Source: a virus
Lineage: Duplodnaviria; Caudoviricetes
Length of the DNA stretch: 41,697 nucleotides
IMG/VR virus record: IMGVR_UViG_3300020171_000733
Coordinates: 1-41,697 of that record
Direction: 5' to 3' (one strand)
Each line of letters begins with the position of its first letter. The first letter of the stretch is position 1. A model generated the notes under the pieces. It worked only from the letters and a program-made list of their open reading frames with translations, made no database searches and was not told the origin of the DNA. Below, piece after piece: positions 1 to 9,201 of the stretch. The translations under genes and the position numbers were made by a program.

Positions 1-173
1 TGAATTTCATCTTAAATTCCTTATGGCATTTAAACTCATGCATTTTTCATTCAGCTTTTTGATCGCATCGTTTATTTCATCCTTAATTATATGTTTCATC
101 AAATGCTTAAATGCAAAATATGCTATGAATATCACAGCCAGAGGATATGTCACGCTGATTATTGTATCTATTA
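1..173. repeat. Terminal direct repeat, copy 1 (assembly overlap of a circular/permuted genome)
   Basis: 1-173 matches 41525-41697 except one base (a128 vs c41652). Confidence 0.97.
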
Positions 174-180
174 TTTCCAT
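7..180 (-). CDS. Small membrane protein (57 aa, MEIIDTIISVTYPLAVIFIAYFAF...)
   Basis: Translated by hand; one hydrophobic helix; stop overlaps the next ATG (ATGA) across the genome junction. Confidence 0.65.
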   Translation of the reverse strand: MEIIDTIISVTYPLAVIFIAYFAFKHLMKHIIKDEINDAIKKLNEKCMSLNAIRNLR

Positions 181-185
181 TATGT

Positions 186-1124
186 CTAAACAAATTCCTT
201 ATGCTTTAGATTCTTCTTGAGCATTGTGAGCGCCTTGTTATATTCATCATAATAGCAAACATTGCAAACACTCCCGTCGAAATTCCTCCCCTCATTGATT
301 ATATTCTCCAGATCTTCAATATTTCCCATGGACAATACCATGTCTTTTTTCTGACCTTTGACTGAATACTGCGATCCGCAGCAGGGGTATATCTTCCTGT
401 CAGGGCTTATCACAGGTTTCAACAGCGAAATATAGCATTCTTTTCTACCTTTTGTATAATTTTTTCTTCCTTGGTATATCACCAAATGATCATCTATCCC
501 TCGCCCTTTGATCCTATTTTCAACCTCTTTTACGTCCATTGAATTCTCCAGATCAAGCAGGTCATTGACCATCCTGATATGGGTGAAATTATGCTCGTTC
601 GCAAAATATATCATCTTTTCAATCCGATCATAGTTCGGCCTAGCGGACACGACATGGGAGAACGCAAAGTCAGTCTTGTTGTTTCTGACAGCCTCCTCAA
701 TACTCCTATAAGACGACTCGCGGCTGTCATCTGAGGAGATCCTGCACCAGGTCGGATCAGATTTCAGTTTGTCCAATAGAATCCCGTTGCTCACCAGGCC
801 AATCCTGATGTTCTGATTCTCCGCGTATTTGATCACATTGTTTATGTTGGGGTGGCACATTGGTTCGCCCCCTCCCGTGATTGTGATTGCCTTCGTCCCC
901 AGTTCCTTCAACCTGTCGATTATGCCGTACAGTTCGGGGAATGTGAATGACAGTTTCTTGTCCCTGTCATCGCATGAGCAGAAAGAACACGACAGATTGC
1001 ATGTATTTGTAGGCATGAGCTGGGCGTGGACGGGGATTATCTTCCCATTATAGACTGATAGGGTGTATAACAGCTTGATTGGAAAACTGCTCGCACTTGT
1101 GTATGATTCCTTTATGTCCTTCAT
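186..1124 (-). CDS. Radical SAM protein with C-terminal SPASM/twitch-like Cys motifs
   Basis: CNLSCSFC (CxxxCxxC), TGGGEP motif, C-terminal C...CC...CxxC; start moved to 1124 because of an ATGA overlap. Confidence 0.9.
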   Translation of the reverse strand: MKDIKESYTSASSFPIKLLYTLSVYNGKIIPVHAQLMPTNTCNLSCSFCSCDDRDKKLSFTFPELYGIIDRLKELGTKAITITGGGEPMCHPNINNVIKYAENQNIRIGLVSNGILLDKLKSDPTWCRISSDDSRESSYRSIEEAVRNNKTDFAFSHVVSARPNYDRIEKMIYFANEHNFTHIRMVNDLLDLENSMDVKEVENRIKGRGIDDHLVIYQGRKNYTKGRKECYISLLKPVISPDRKIYPCCGSQYSVKGQKKDMVLSMGNIEDLENIINEGRNFDGSVCNVCYYDEYNKALTMLKKNLKHKEFV

Positions 1125-1259
1125 TTTCTGTCCTTTGCTTGGTTGTTTATGCATTTTATCATCTCATCCCAGTCATTATTACAATCTAAGTTTTTGCATC
1201 CTCGGCAATACCTTGACCAAAAGTTAACGCATTTCATCATGTCATCTTGGCTTAGTTCT

Positions 1260-1886
1260 TTATATACCATTATCTTTAAAAAACTTATCAAATCCTTCTT
1301 TTAATATTTTTAACTGATCTAAAGTATAATTGTGAGAGTTGAGATATCCAAAATTATTGTTTATGAAGAGAAAATATGGCTTGTTATAATCAGCATGTTG
1401 GATTGTATTGATGACCCTTTGAAGACTTACATTGTTATTTTTGGGAAAATTAATCTCTTTTTTTATTAATTCTCCTTTCAGTATATATGTTCCATCATCT
1501 TCTTTCAATTCTTCTTGTTTGACCAATTCAAAGAAGCACTTATAATTATTTTGAAGAGCCCAAGTTGTATAGAACAGATGCCAGTCTTCTGTAAAAAAGT
1601 GGAGATGCTCATGATGCCGGAAAGCGCCTGTCCCCTTGATTGATGGAACAACATAAATGAATCTTCCCCCATCTTTTAGAACTCGATAACACTCTTCCAT
1701 AAGGAATCGGATATCTTGTATATGCTCAAGGGTATGTTCTGAATATATCTCATCAATTGAATTATTCGAAAATGGAAGACCTTTATTTAGATCCCTTACA
1801 TAATCTGGACAAGTAGATGGATCTATGTCTATTGTAGTGTATCCCTCCATCTTTTTGAATCCGTTTCCTAGTAATAGTTTAATCAT
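1260..1886 (-). CDS. Class I SAM-dependent methyltransferase (Methyltransf_11-like, sugar-associated type)
   Basis: LLGNG..IDID..DLNKGLPF..DEIYSEHTLEHI..ECYRVLKDGG. Confidence 0.85.
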   Translation of the reverse strand: MIKLLLGNGFKKMEGYTTIDIDPSTCPDYVRDLNKGLPFSNNSIDEIYSEHTLEHIQDIRFLMEECYRVLKDGGRFIYVVPSIKGTGAFRHHEHLHFFTEDWHLFYTTWALQNNYKCFFELVKQEELKEDDGTYILKGELIKKEINFPKNNNVSLQRVINTIQHADYNKPYFLFINNNFGYLNSHNYTLDQLKILKEGFDKFFKDNGI

Positions 1887-2443
1887 TTTAAGCAAATTGT
1901 ATGAATCTTAATCCAGCTTGGAAACTTAACCATCCCCATTAGTGAACCTTCCGGAACATCATAGCATAGATTATCATGGGGGCCAGATTCATAATACACA
2001 TTCTCAATCACTTTTAGATCAGCCTCATTGCATAATAATTTAATTCCTTGACTTGTGAATCTCCAGTAATCTGGGTATTCTAACCCTTTTATTTCATTGC
2101 CATGCATTTTGAATAAGAAGGTATTGATAGTGCATAATAACCCCCCTTTCTTTAAAATTCTACTAACTTCTTTCATTACTTTGTCCGGATGTTTTGAATG
2201 TTCTAACATGTCTATGAGTAAAACAGCATCAAAACTTTCATTTTCAAATGGCAATTCTTCTGCATTTCCTTGTACAAAGTTCCTCATATCCTTGTACTTG
2301 GTCCAATCCATTATATCAAAATTCGTCAGATCTTTGAACCCATAATCTGTATCTCCACAGCCAATGCTAATCATTTTTTTATCTTCCAATTTATAATGTC
2401 TGACAAACTCCTCGACATATTTTGTGCCTAATTCGCTAACCAT
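1883..2443 (-). CDS. Class I SAM-dependent methyltransferase
   Basis: ISIGCG, GNAEELPFENESFDAV, LEH, EVSRILKKGG, DYWRFT. Confidence 0.9.
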   Translation of the reverse strand: MVSELGTKYVEEFVRHYKLEDKKMISIGCGDTDYGFKDLTNFDIMDWTKYKDMRNFVQGNAEELPFENESFDAVLLIDMLEHSKHPDKVMKEVSRILKKGGLLCTINTFLFKMHGNEIKGLEYPDYWRFTSQGIKLLCNEADLKVIENVYYESGPHDNLCYDVPEGSLMGMVKFPSWIKIHTICLK

Positions 2444-2735
2444 TTATTTTCTCCATGAGATAATAATACTGAGTAGGTCTGTGAATTGCTAAGAATTCTG
2501 CAAATGCCAATGCATTCTTGTGGGCTGCGTTCTTGCCAAACTTATGACAAGTAACACAAAGAGTAATCCCATTCTTTAGATTATGCCTTAACTCTTTATA
2601 CCCATGCTTTGGAAGGATATGGTGTGAATTGAGTGTTTTAATACTTCCACATATTGCACATTTATAATTGTCTATTCTCTTCACTTCGTCTGCCCAAATT
2701 TTATCAAGCTTCTTACTTGGTTTTTTTGTTTTCAT
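2436..2735 (-). CDS. HNH endonuclease (small, NinG-like)
   Basis: RIDNYKCAICG..SHHI..NGITLCVTCH. Confidence 0.85.
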   Translation of the reverse strand: MKTKKPSKKLDKIWADEVKRIDNYKCAICGSIKTLNSHHILPKHGYKELRHNLKNGITLCVTCHKFGKNAAHKNALAFAEFLAIHRPTQYYYLMEKING

Positions 2736-2854
2736 TATTATCCTTAAGTGCTTCTAAAATCTTCTTTATCTTTGCAAGTAATTCTTCCAATGTAATGTTC
2801 TTGGCTATGTACTCTTCATTCATCAATAGATCATAATCTTCATTATTTATTATA

Positions 2855-3592
2855 TCAAATCTGACCATTTTTTAGTTTGAATTTCTCCTCTGATTCCTTG
2901 TATTTATTATCATATTTATCTGCTATTTCATCCCCCCATTTGTTTCTGAAATATTCTTTATTTCTATCTCTTACTTTTACAAAGTCTTCGTTCTCCTTGC
3001 CCATATTATAATCATGCCAATGCCAAGTAAACCCATCTACAAATATTTTATATCCTGCTTTTTTAATAGCTTCTGCTAGATCCATGTCATCATACGTGTA
3101 AGGATTGTATGCTTCATCAAACATCCCAACCTCTTCCAACACACTTTTCCTTAGAAACATCAGATTGGTTATGTAATCGGTTTCTATGTATTTAAGTGGC
3201 ATTTGGAATTGATTTGGACAATACTGGTCAATATTCCCTGTGGCATGACAGCAAGGTCCGACCATTCCAGCTTTTGTCTCATTAAGGCATTTGACTAGGT
3301 TCACATCCCAGTCATCTGTTAGGTAATAATCCGAATTTACATAAGCCAGATATTCCCCCTTAGATTCTCTTGCCCCTATGTTGTATGACTTGGCAATCCC
3401 TTCATTCTTCTCATGAGTTATTATCCTGACCCGATCATCCTTGATTGAATATATATAATCCTTTATATCTTTTTCACTGTTATTGTCTATAATTATCAAT
3501 TCAAATGGGACAGTGGTTAGTTTCAAAATTCGATCAATGCATCTCTTGCATTTTTCTGGTTCTTTCCAAACAAGCAGTATTATTGATATCAT
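2855..3592 (-). CDS. Glycosyltransferase family 2 (GT-A)
   Basis: ISIIL..IIIDNNS..NEGIAKSYNIG..YVNSD..FDEAY..DDMDL. Confidence 0.92.
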   Translation of the reverse strand: MISIILLVWKEPEKCKRCIDRILKLTTVPFELIIIDNNSEKDIKDYIYSIKDDRVRIITHEKNEGIAKSYNIGARESKGEYLAYVNSDYYLTDDWDVNLVKCLNETKAGMVGPCCHATGNIDQYCPNQFQMPLKYIETDYITNLMFLRKSVLEEVGMFDEAYNPYTYDDMDLAEAIKKAGYKIFVDGFTWHWHDYNMGKENEDFVKVRDRNKEYFRNKWGDEIADKYDNKYKESEEKFKLKNGQI

Positions 3593-3720
3593 TTTCTTAG
3601 GTGTTTTTTCAGATGGGGGCATTTCTCTGGATCGTGATCACAGTATCTCCCGTTGTACACATTGTCGCACATTCTCCTCCTCCAGCCGAATCCTCCATCC
3701 CTCTGGAACGGGCAATTCAC
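3589..3720 (-). CDS. Small 4-Cys protein (43 aa, GTG start)
   Basis: Fills the gap with GTGA and ATGA overlaps at both ends. Confidence 0.5.
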   Translation of the reverse strand: MNCPFQRDGGFGWRRRMCDNVYNGRYCDHDPEKCPHLKKHLRK

Positions 3721-4985
3721 CCGATTAGGAACTGTTCCCTTGCGATCCAATGCTTTGGAGTTTCCTCCAAAGTGAATCCTGACTCTTTTAATTTGCTTTT
3801 CCACCATGATCTGTCCTCCTTTATCCTATGCGTTTTATCTCCGTCCGCCTCCGGTGTTCCTTTGATTGGAACGCTGAATATGAAATGTTCACCAGCTTTT
3901 TTAATTCTTCTTAATACATCATCTATATCTTTGTAATCTAAATGTTCCAATATGTCTATACAAATCACTAAATCCCTTTTTTCCAAATCGATCTCTTTTA
4001 TGTCCTGGCACCTAAAAAAGTCCCCATAGGTCTGCTTGTCCAAGTTTATGATATACTGCGACTTGTCAATCCCGATGCAATCTATCCCCAGGCGGTTGAA
4101 CAGATAAGTAAGCTGTCCGGCCCCTGTTCCCAAATCCCATACTGTTTTCGGATGGAAATGGTTTATAAAATCCATGGCAAAGAAAGTATGTTTTAATTCC
4201 ATGTCCGTCCGGTTGAGGAAATAATTCATGTCATCTATGCCCAGTTGATCCAGGAAGAAGTATTTTCTCAGTATCTCCGGCAGGTCCTCATAACTGACCC
4301 TTTCATTGGGATAAGTTTCAAAGATATGGGATTCGAACCATCTGACCAGGAAATCGGGGGAGTGTATGTTCGATTTATTCATATGCCCTATGAATTTTTT
4401 CCTTATGTCAAACATGTTCTTGCAATATCCTAGATGCCATATTACCACTTCGTCATTCTCCTCATATTTTATGTTGTCTACTCCAAAAATACTCAAAACT
4501 GTGTGTTCTAATTCTGGATAAAAATATCTATAATCTACTTTGAAAAGTCTATTAGGCACATGATGTGTTTTTTGGGTTGAATCTTCTCGACTGAAGTTCC
4601 ACAATAAATGCCGCATTTTAGGAGAGATGATCTTACTTTCAGTCTTGTTTATGACCTCAATCAGTTTGTCTGGATTTTCTAATACCTCATCTGGATCAAG
4701 AACTAAAACCCAATCCGAAAAGAAATCCCTTTGTAATTCTTGAAGATAAATGTTTCTTTGTTTTCCGTTCTGTATTTTATCGTTTGGATCCCATTTTGCT
4801 TGAATGAATCTGACCGGAATGCCAGTAGTTTGATTAAATTGTTTGACTATTTCTGATACTTTAGGATCTTCCATCCCCCACACAAAAATCACTTGTTTGG
4901 CAATCTTAATTATAGATGCAAGACTTAACTCAAGAGTATCTGAACAAGAATCCCCAATATAAGATACAACTACTTTGTCTATCAT
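3717..4985 (-). CDS. GT2 glycosyltransferase fused to a C-terminal class I methyltransferase
   Basis: N-term KQRN..WVLVLDPDE..WHLGY; C-term WDLGTGAG..GIDKS..DILEHL. Confidence 0.88.
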   Translation of the reverse strand: MIDKVVVSYIGDSCSDTLELSLASIIKIAKQVIFVWGMEDPKVSEIVKQFNQTTGIPVRFIQAKWDPNDKIQNGKQRNIYLQELQRDFFSDWVLVLDPDEVLENPDKLIEVINKTESKIISPKMRHLLWNFSREDSTQKTHHVPNRLFKVDYRYFYPELEHTVLSIFGVDNIKYEENDEVVIWHLGYCKNMFDIRKKFIGHMNKSNIHSPDFLVRWFESHIFETYPNERVSYEDLPEILRKYFFLDQLGIDDMNYFLNRTDMELKHTFFAMDFINHFHPKTVWDLGTGAGQLTYLFNRLGIDCIGIDKSQYIINLDKQTYGDFFRCQDIKEIDLEKRDLVICIDILEHLDYKDIDDVLRRIKKAGEHFIFSVPIKGTPEADGDKTHRIKEDRSWWKSKLKESGFTLEETPKHWIAREQFLIG

Positions 4986-6226
4986 TGGCATAACCTCTTG
5001 ATTCTTTCTTCCCAAGCAGGGGCCACTACTCTTTCAAAATCATAATCCCTTAAAACTGCAATTCTCCCATTCTTTCCATACTGTTTTCTTAATTCTGGAT
5101 TATTATAAAATTTGACAATCTTTTCTGCTCCATCATAAACATCTGCTATCCCCCTCTCAACATGCCAGGATCCTAAAATAGTTCCATTCATCATTCTCAT
5201 GTCATAGTTAGATTGTCCGGATTCAAACATATTCACATGCTCAGTTCCAGATAATTTGATTCCTTCTCCGCAGTTGTTGTCTATTATTAATTCTTGAGTG
5301 GTGGTAAAATCAGTCACTAATTGGGGGATCTCCATGGCCATTGATTCGATTATAGTTATCCCAAAACCTTCTCCACTAGTAGTATCTAATTTCATGTCCA
5401 TCACTTGGTAAATGTCTGGCATCTTCCGATAATCAAAACCTTTATTCCAGGACATTCCAGAGAAAATCACCCGATTCTGCAACTTGAATTTTCTAATCAT
5501 TTCTCCCATGTCAAAATAAGCTGCAGGATCCATTGGATCACAATGACAGAACATAACTGCATTTGGAATCTTGTCCTTGACTATCGCCATTATCTTGAAC
5601 ATTCGATCACTCATTTTTCTTGGTTGGTTTCTGAAAACTGCCCCTATGACAAATTTATCAGTCAATCCCATCTGGGCTCTTAATAAATTCCTCTTATTCT
5701 CATCTGGTTTGAACAAATCTACATCCACTCCATGAGGGATATAATCACAATCTATTCCATGAATTTGTTTAGTCTGAGCTTGGGCGAATTTGCTCATAGC
5801 TACTGGCATATTTACTTTTCTAAGTATCAAAGAGCAATCTCTTCCTGGATTCATTGGTAAATTACTTCCCCCGTCACTTGGAAACCAAATTCCAGTCCTG
5901 GCAGGGGATAGATCTTGTTGTAAAAATCCTGAATCCATCAACATGAATGTGTCTAGTAAAACTCCAAAGAAGTCTGGCTTTATTTCCCTTAATCTTGTCT
6001 GTAATATATCTTGGAAATACGGCCTCGCTCCGTTTCCATATATCTTGAAATTGAATTTGGTTCCGTCTTCTAGTTCAGCCCCTGGCATTATTGTCTGACC
6101 AGTTCTGCAATGATCGAAATAATGTATCTCATGTCCTTTGCTGGCCAGATAATTCATTAATCTTTTTGACTGATCTGAGAACCCAGTTGAAAGAAATGGC
6201 GAATCCGAAAGCCAGCATATTTTCAT
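4982..6226 (-). CDS. Glycosyltransferase family 4 (GT-B)
   Basis: SDSP..TGF, IPHGVD, RNQPRK, TSGEGFGITIIESMAME. Confidence 0.92.
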   Translation of the reverse strand: MKICWLSDSPFLSTGFSDQSKRLMNYLASKGHEIHYFDHCRTGQTIMPGAELEDGTKFNFKIYGNGARPYFQDILQTRLREIKPDFFGVLLDTFMLMDSGFLQQDLSPARTGIWFPSDGGSNLPMNPGRDCSLILRKVNMPVAMSKFAQAQTKQIHGIDCDYIPHGVDVDLFKPDENKRNLLRAQMGLTDKFVIGAVFRNQPRKMSDRMFKIMAIVKDKIPNAVMFCHCDPMDPAAYFDMGEMIRKFKLQNRVIFSGMSWNKGFDYRKMPDIYQVMDMKLDTTSGEGFGITIIESMAMEIPQLVTDFTTTQELIIDNNCGEGIKLSGTEHVNMFESGQSNYDMRMMNGTILGSWHVERGIADVYDGAEKIVKFYNNPELRKQYGKNGRIAVLRDYDFERVVAPAWEERIKRLCQ

Positions 6227-6474
6227 ACTTTTAAATCTCCTAAGTCCAACTCTTTGGCTTCTTTCTTTATTGCTTCTTTTATATCTGCGTAAGAACATCC
6301 GCTTTTTAACACAATGCATTTGGTTCCAGAAATCTGAGTGAACTCAATGTGCCAAGATGTTCCAGCTCCTCCGGCCATTATGACCATCTCTTGGGGTAAA
6401 GTGATTCCAAATACGTCTTCTCCGTAATTTCCTTTTCGATTGACTAATTTTCTTATATCGTATATATTTCTCAT
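6223..6474 (-). CDS. AbrB/SpoVT-like DNA-binding protein
   Basis: RKL..G..FGITLPQE swapped-hairpin pattern. Confidence 0.55.
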   Translation of the reverse strand: MRNIYDIRKLVNRKGNYGEDVFGITLPQEMVIMAGGAGTSWHIEFTQISGTKCIVLKSGCSYADIKEAIKKEAKELDLGDLKV

Positions 6475-6728
6475 AAATTCCTCAATGCTCTTGATAATAT
6501 CTGATTGGCCATAATCAGTTCTTTAACCTTTTTTTTAGTCTTGTAATCCTTTGTCTTGGGCTTATTGATTGATTTGATCAGTCCTTTCTTTTTGAATGAT
6601 TTGAGCCTATTTAATATTTTCTTCTTTTCATTGGTTAGTTTTACTTTTACTATGTCTGAATCTGATTCATTGAATTCTATATTGAATATCTCTATTCTTC
6701 TGCCTACTTTTGCTATTCTTAAGTACAT
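6471..6728 (-). CDS. Hypothetical basic protein
   Basis: ORF with ATGA coupling. Confidence 0.6.
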   Translation of the reverse strand: MYLRIAKVGRRIEIFNIEFNESDSDIVKVKLTNEKKKILNRLKSFKKKGLIKSINKPKTKDYKTKKKVKELIMANQILSRALRNL

Positions 6729-6734
6729 CTTTTT

Positions 6735-6866
6735 TTAAATTATGTTGAAATGCTGAAGTAATTTGATTATCACCCAGATTATGAAACTCCAAAATGCGAT
6801 TGCTCCTGCTATTCCCAAAGCCCATAGCGTCTTCAATTGCCATGGTATCTCTTTAAAAAAACTCAT
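6735..6866 (-). CDS. Small membrane protein (43 aa)
   Basis: Translated by hand; GGAGG SD; hydrophobic segment LWALGIAGAIAFWSFIIWVII. Confidence 0.6.
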   Translation of the reverse strand: MSFFKEIPWQLKTLWALGIAGAIAFWSFIIWVIIKLLQHFNII

Positions 6867-7057
6867 TTTAAATCCTCCTCAATTATATTAAAAAATTCTA
6901 TAATAAATTCTTCTTGAGTAAGATTAGGTAACCCTATTTTTTGTCTTTCTTTACAGTCTTTTATCCAATTTATCGCTTCTTGTCTTAAATCAGATAAAGA
7001 CGCCACTGAATATGGCAATATTCTCAAATCTTTTAAGGTTTTCAATTCAGTAGTCAT
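6863..7057 (-). CDS. Small LKTLxDL...RQEAINWIK...FFNIxEEDLK family protein, paralog 1
   Basis: Clear paralog of 7054..7272. Confidence 0.8.
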   Translation of the reverse strand: MTTELKTLKDLRILPYSVASLSDLRQEAINWIKDCKERQKIGLPNLTQEEFIIEFFNIIEEDLK

Positions 7058-7272
7058 TTCAAATCCTCCTCAGTTATATTGAAGAAAAGCATAAATTGTA
7101 TTGCTAATTCATTTCCTATTTCTTTACTATTATCCCAACTTCTATAACCCTTTATCCAATTGATTGCTTCTTGCCTAATCTTTTCAATATCACAATCAAA
7201 ACTTTCTCCGCAGGCGGCACAATTACAATGGTTCTTCGTGCCAAATAAATCTTCTAATGTTTTTAATTTCAT
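7054..7272 (-). CDS. Same family, paralog 2 (with Cys-rich insert)
   Basis: Shared motifs with 6863..7057. Confidence 0.8.
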   Translation of the reverse strand: MKLKTLEDLFGTKNHCNCAACGESFDCDIEKIRQEAINWIKGYRSWDNSKEIGNELAIQFMLFFNITEEDLK

Positions 7273-7376
7273 TTTAAGTCACTCTCCTTCACATTCCATT
7301 TAGTACAAAACTCTTTAAGAGATTCTTGTTCTTTCCAGTCTTCCAAACAATCATCATGAATCTTTCTTTTGTCCAT
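7269..7376 (-). CDS. Small protein (35 aa) ending WNVKESDLK
   Basis: Translated by hand; C-terminus resembles the two paralogs; ATGA coupling. Confidence 0.5.
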   Translation of the reverse strand: MDKRKIHDDCLEDWKEQESLKEFCTKWNVKESDLK

Positions 7377-7485
7377 CGCACTCCTTTTTATGTTTTTTAT
7401 AATTCTCTATATTCCTGAACCCCTCTCCGCACTCGCATTTGTAATGATCAATAGGGTGATATCTGCCTAATCCTCCGCCTGTCAT
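7354..7485 (-). CDS. Small C2HC zinc-finger protein (43 aa)
   Basis: YKCECGEGF..YKKHKKEC. Confidence 0.6.
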   Translation of the reverse strand: MTGGGLGRYHPIDHYKCECGEGFRNIENYKKHKKECDGQKKDS

Positions 7486-7567
7486 TTGTTACTCCAAAAA
7501 TGCTGTACAATTTTGACTAAAATTAGCGCCCCTAGTGTTGATAAATAAGCTATTAATATTTCTTCCA

Positions 7568-7762
7568 TTATTTTACCTCCTGTTTGCAATTTCTGCAGAA
7601 TTTCCTGATCTTTATGTATGAAGGGAGAATTACCCAACCATCATATTTTTCTGCTACCCTTAATTTTTCTGCAATTCTTTCTATTTGTTGCATTGGGATA
7701 TCATTGGGTATTTGGAAGTAATATCTGCTTCCTTTCTCTAGTCTTATTTTTCTTGTTTTCAT
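7568..7762 (-). CDS. Hypothetical protein with C-terminal CxxC
   Basis: ORF track. Confidence 0.55.
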   Translation of the reverse strand: MKTRKIRLEKGSRYYFQIPNDIPMQQIERIAEKLRVAEKYDGWVILPSYIKIRKFCRNCKQEVK

Positions 7763-7833
7763 TTTAACAATGCCCCCATAGGAAAAATATATTTATTATA
7801 AAATTCTTGAAATAACACCATGTAAAATATATC

Positions 7834-8334
7834 TTATTTTTTAATTTCATTTTTTACCTCAAATTCATTCCATCGTTCATCTATAATCCTTTGCATAGGT
7901 CTAGTTATATAGGTATATTGTCTCATTTTCATGTGCCAAGATAAATGAAATCCACTATTCTTAAATAACATTAGATTATCAATATCATTATTCTTTTTAT
8001 TTTCATCAATATGGTGGACAACCTCTCCTTTAGTTAAATATCTTCCAATATGGGCTTCAACCATTAATCTATGTTCAGGTACATATCCCTCTTTATTTGC
8101 AAATGGATGTTCTAGCTTATACAAAAAAATATATCCTGCCCTATCTATTTTTCTAGGATAAATCTTTTTAAAACAAGGATTTTTATCTCCTTTCATTCTT
8201 AATGAAATATTATTCTTCTGTTTATCTGAAAGAAAACATTTTCCTTTATGTGATTTATGATAACAAGGTTTACATCTTGCCCCATTCTCCCAAACAGGTA
8301 TTCCACAATTAATACATTTATATTGTTTATTCAT
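7834..8334 (-). CDS. HNH endonuclease (HNH_3 type) with N-terminal Zn finger
   Basis: GYVPEHRLMVE..VHHIDENKKNN..NLMLF. Confidence 0.9.
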   Translation of the reverse strand: MNKQYKCINCGIPVWENGARCKPCYHKSHKGKCFLSDKQKNNISLRMKGDKNPCFKKIYPRKIDRAGYIFLYKLEHPFANKEGYVPEHRLMVEAHIGRYLTKGEVVHHIDENKKNNDIDNLMLFKNSGFHLSWHMKMRQYTYITRPMQRIIDERWNEFEVKNEIKK

Positions 8335-8519
8335 TGTAATTTTTTCTGTTTATCTTTCCTCATTACTTCTTTAATATGCCGACAAACCCTATTTCCATTT
8401 TTCCAATTGTCTGAGTGAAGAGTTCCCCACATGCAATTACACAAAATATCCTGTATTTGACCGTTTTCTATTCTGACAATCTGCTGGTATTTTCCTATGT
8501 TGAATATCTTCTGATTCAT
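8331..8519 (-). CDS. SWIM zinc-finger protein
   Basis: CNC-x15-CRH followed by helix. Confidence 0.75.
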   Translation of the reverse strand: MNQKIFNIGKYQQIVRIENGQIQDILCNCMWGTLHSDNWKNGNRVCRHIKEVMRKDKQKKLQ

Positions 8520-8740
8520 CTGTGTGAGGTTGAATTTGCAAACTCTGCTGATTGTTTTCTCTCGAAGCTTTTTCTGATTTCTGCACTCTTAATACGGCCT
8601 CTTTCGAGTTCCCTTTCGTGGAATAACCTGTTAGATTCTCTTTCAAAAATCATAGTTTCCAATTTAAGTTTATACTTTAATTCTATATTTTCCTTTTCCA
8701 ATTCTAATAATTTCTTCTTGTGATTAAATTCATTATCCAT
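8516..8740 (-). CDS. Hypothetical coiled-coil protein
   Basis: ORF track; charged heptads. Confidence 0.6.
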   Translation of the reverse strand: MDNEFNHKKKLLELEKENIELKYKLKLETMIFERESNRLFHERELERGRIKSAEIRKSFERKQSAEFANSTSHR

Positions 8741-8903
8741 GATTATGAGCCCAGTTATAGTGATGGGTGCACTCGTTTTTTCGCAAACATGATCCCCCAC
8801 TTTTAAGTTTTATTTATGTTAATTATACGCCATGTATAATGGAGTTCTAACTTGTCAAGGTGGGGGCCAAATTTTTCGTTTTGTTTTCTTGAGGTTAAAA
8901 CTA

Positions 8904-9200
8904 TTACTTCTCTTTGTTTATCTTATTGAACCTGTCTAAACTATCATCCACGCTCTTAATCAACTCGACTATGGTCTCCTTTCTTTCGGCCATTGTTGAC
9001 TCGAAGTTCTTTACGACTTCTTTTCTGTCTTCTATCTCCCTATCAAAGCCCATTATGGTATCACTTTTGTTTCTTTCAACAGTCTTCAATTCCTTCTGTT
9101 TCTGAAGCAGAGTTTGGTTCAGGGAGTCTCTCTCCTTGATCAATTCTCGTTTTTTGGATTCAAGCTCACATATTACTTCATATCTACTTTTGGTTTCGAT
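8904..9200 (-). CDS. Coiled-coil protein, probable ATC start
   Basis: GGAGGT SD 8 nt before in-frame ATC; in-frame stop immediately upstream. Confidence 0.65.
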   Translation of the reverse strand: METKSRYEVICELESKKRELIKERDSLNQTLLQKQKELKTVERNKSDTIMGFDREIEDRKEVVKNFESTMAERKETIVELIKSVDDSLDRFNKINKEK

Positions 9201-9201
9201 T

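Noticed and set aside
1-173. Terminal repeat as a biological fixed direct terminal repeat
   Set aside because: It falls inside coding sequence and cannot be told apart from an assembly overlap without reads.
186-6226. Glycosyltransferases as a DNA-hypermodification pathway
   Set aside because: No hydroxymethylase, TET/JBP, nucleotide kinase or viral polymerase is visible to make the acceptor base. Considered less likely than protein glycosylation but not excluded.
8822-8858. Bacterial sigma70 promoter (TTGACA...TATAAT on minus strand)
   Set aside because: Spacing is about 25 nt, not 16-18; other promoters are archaeal-type.
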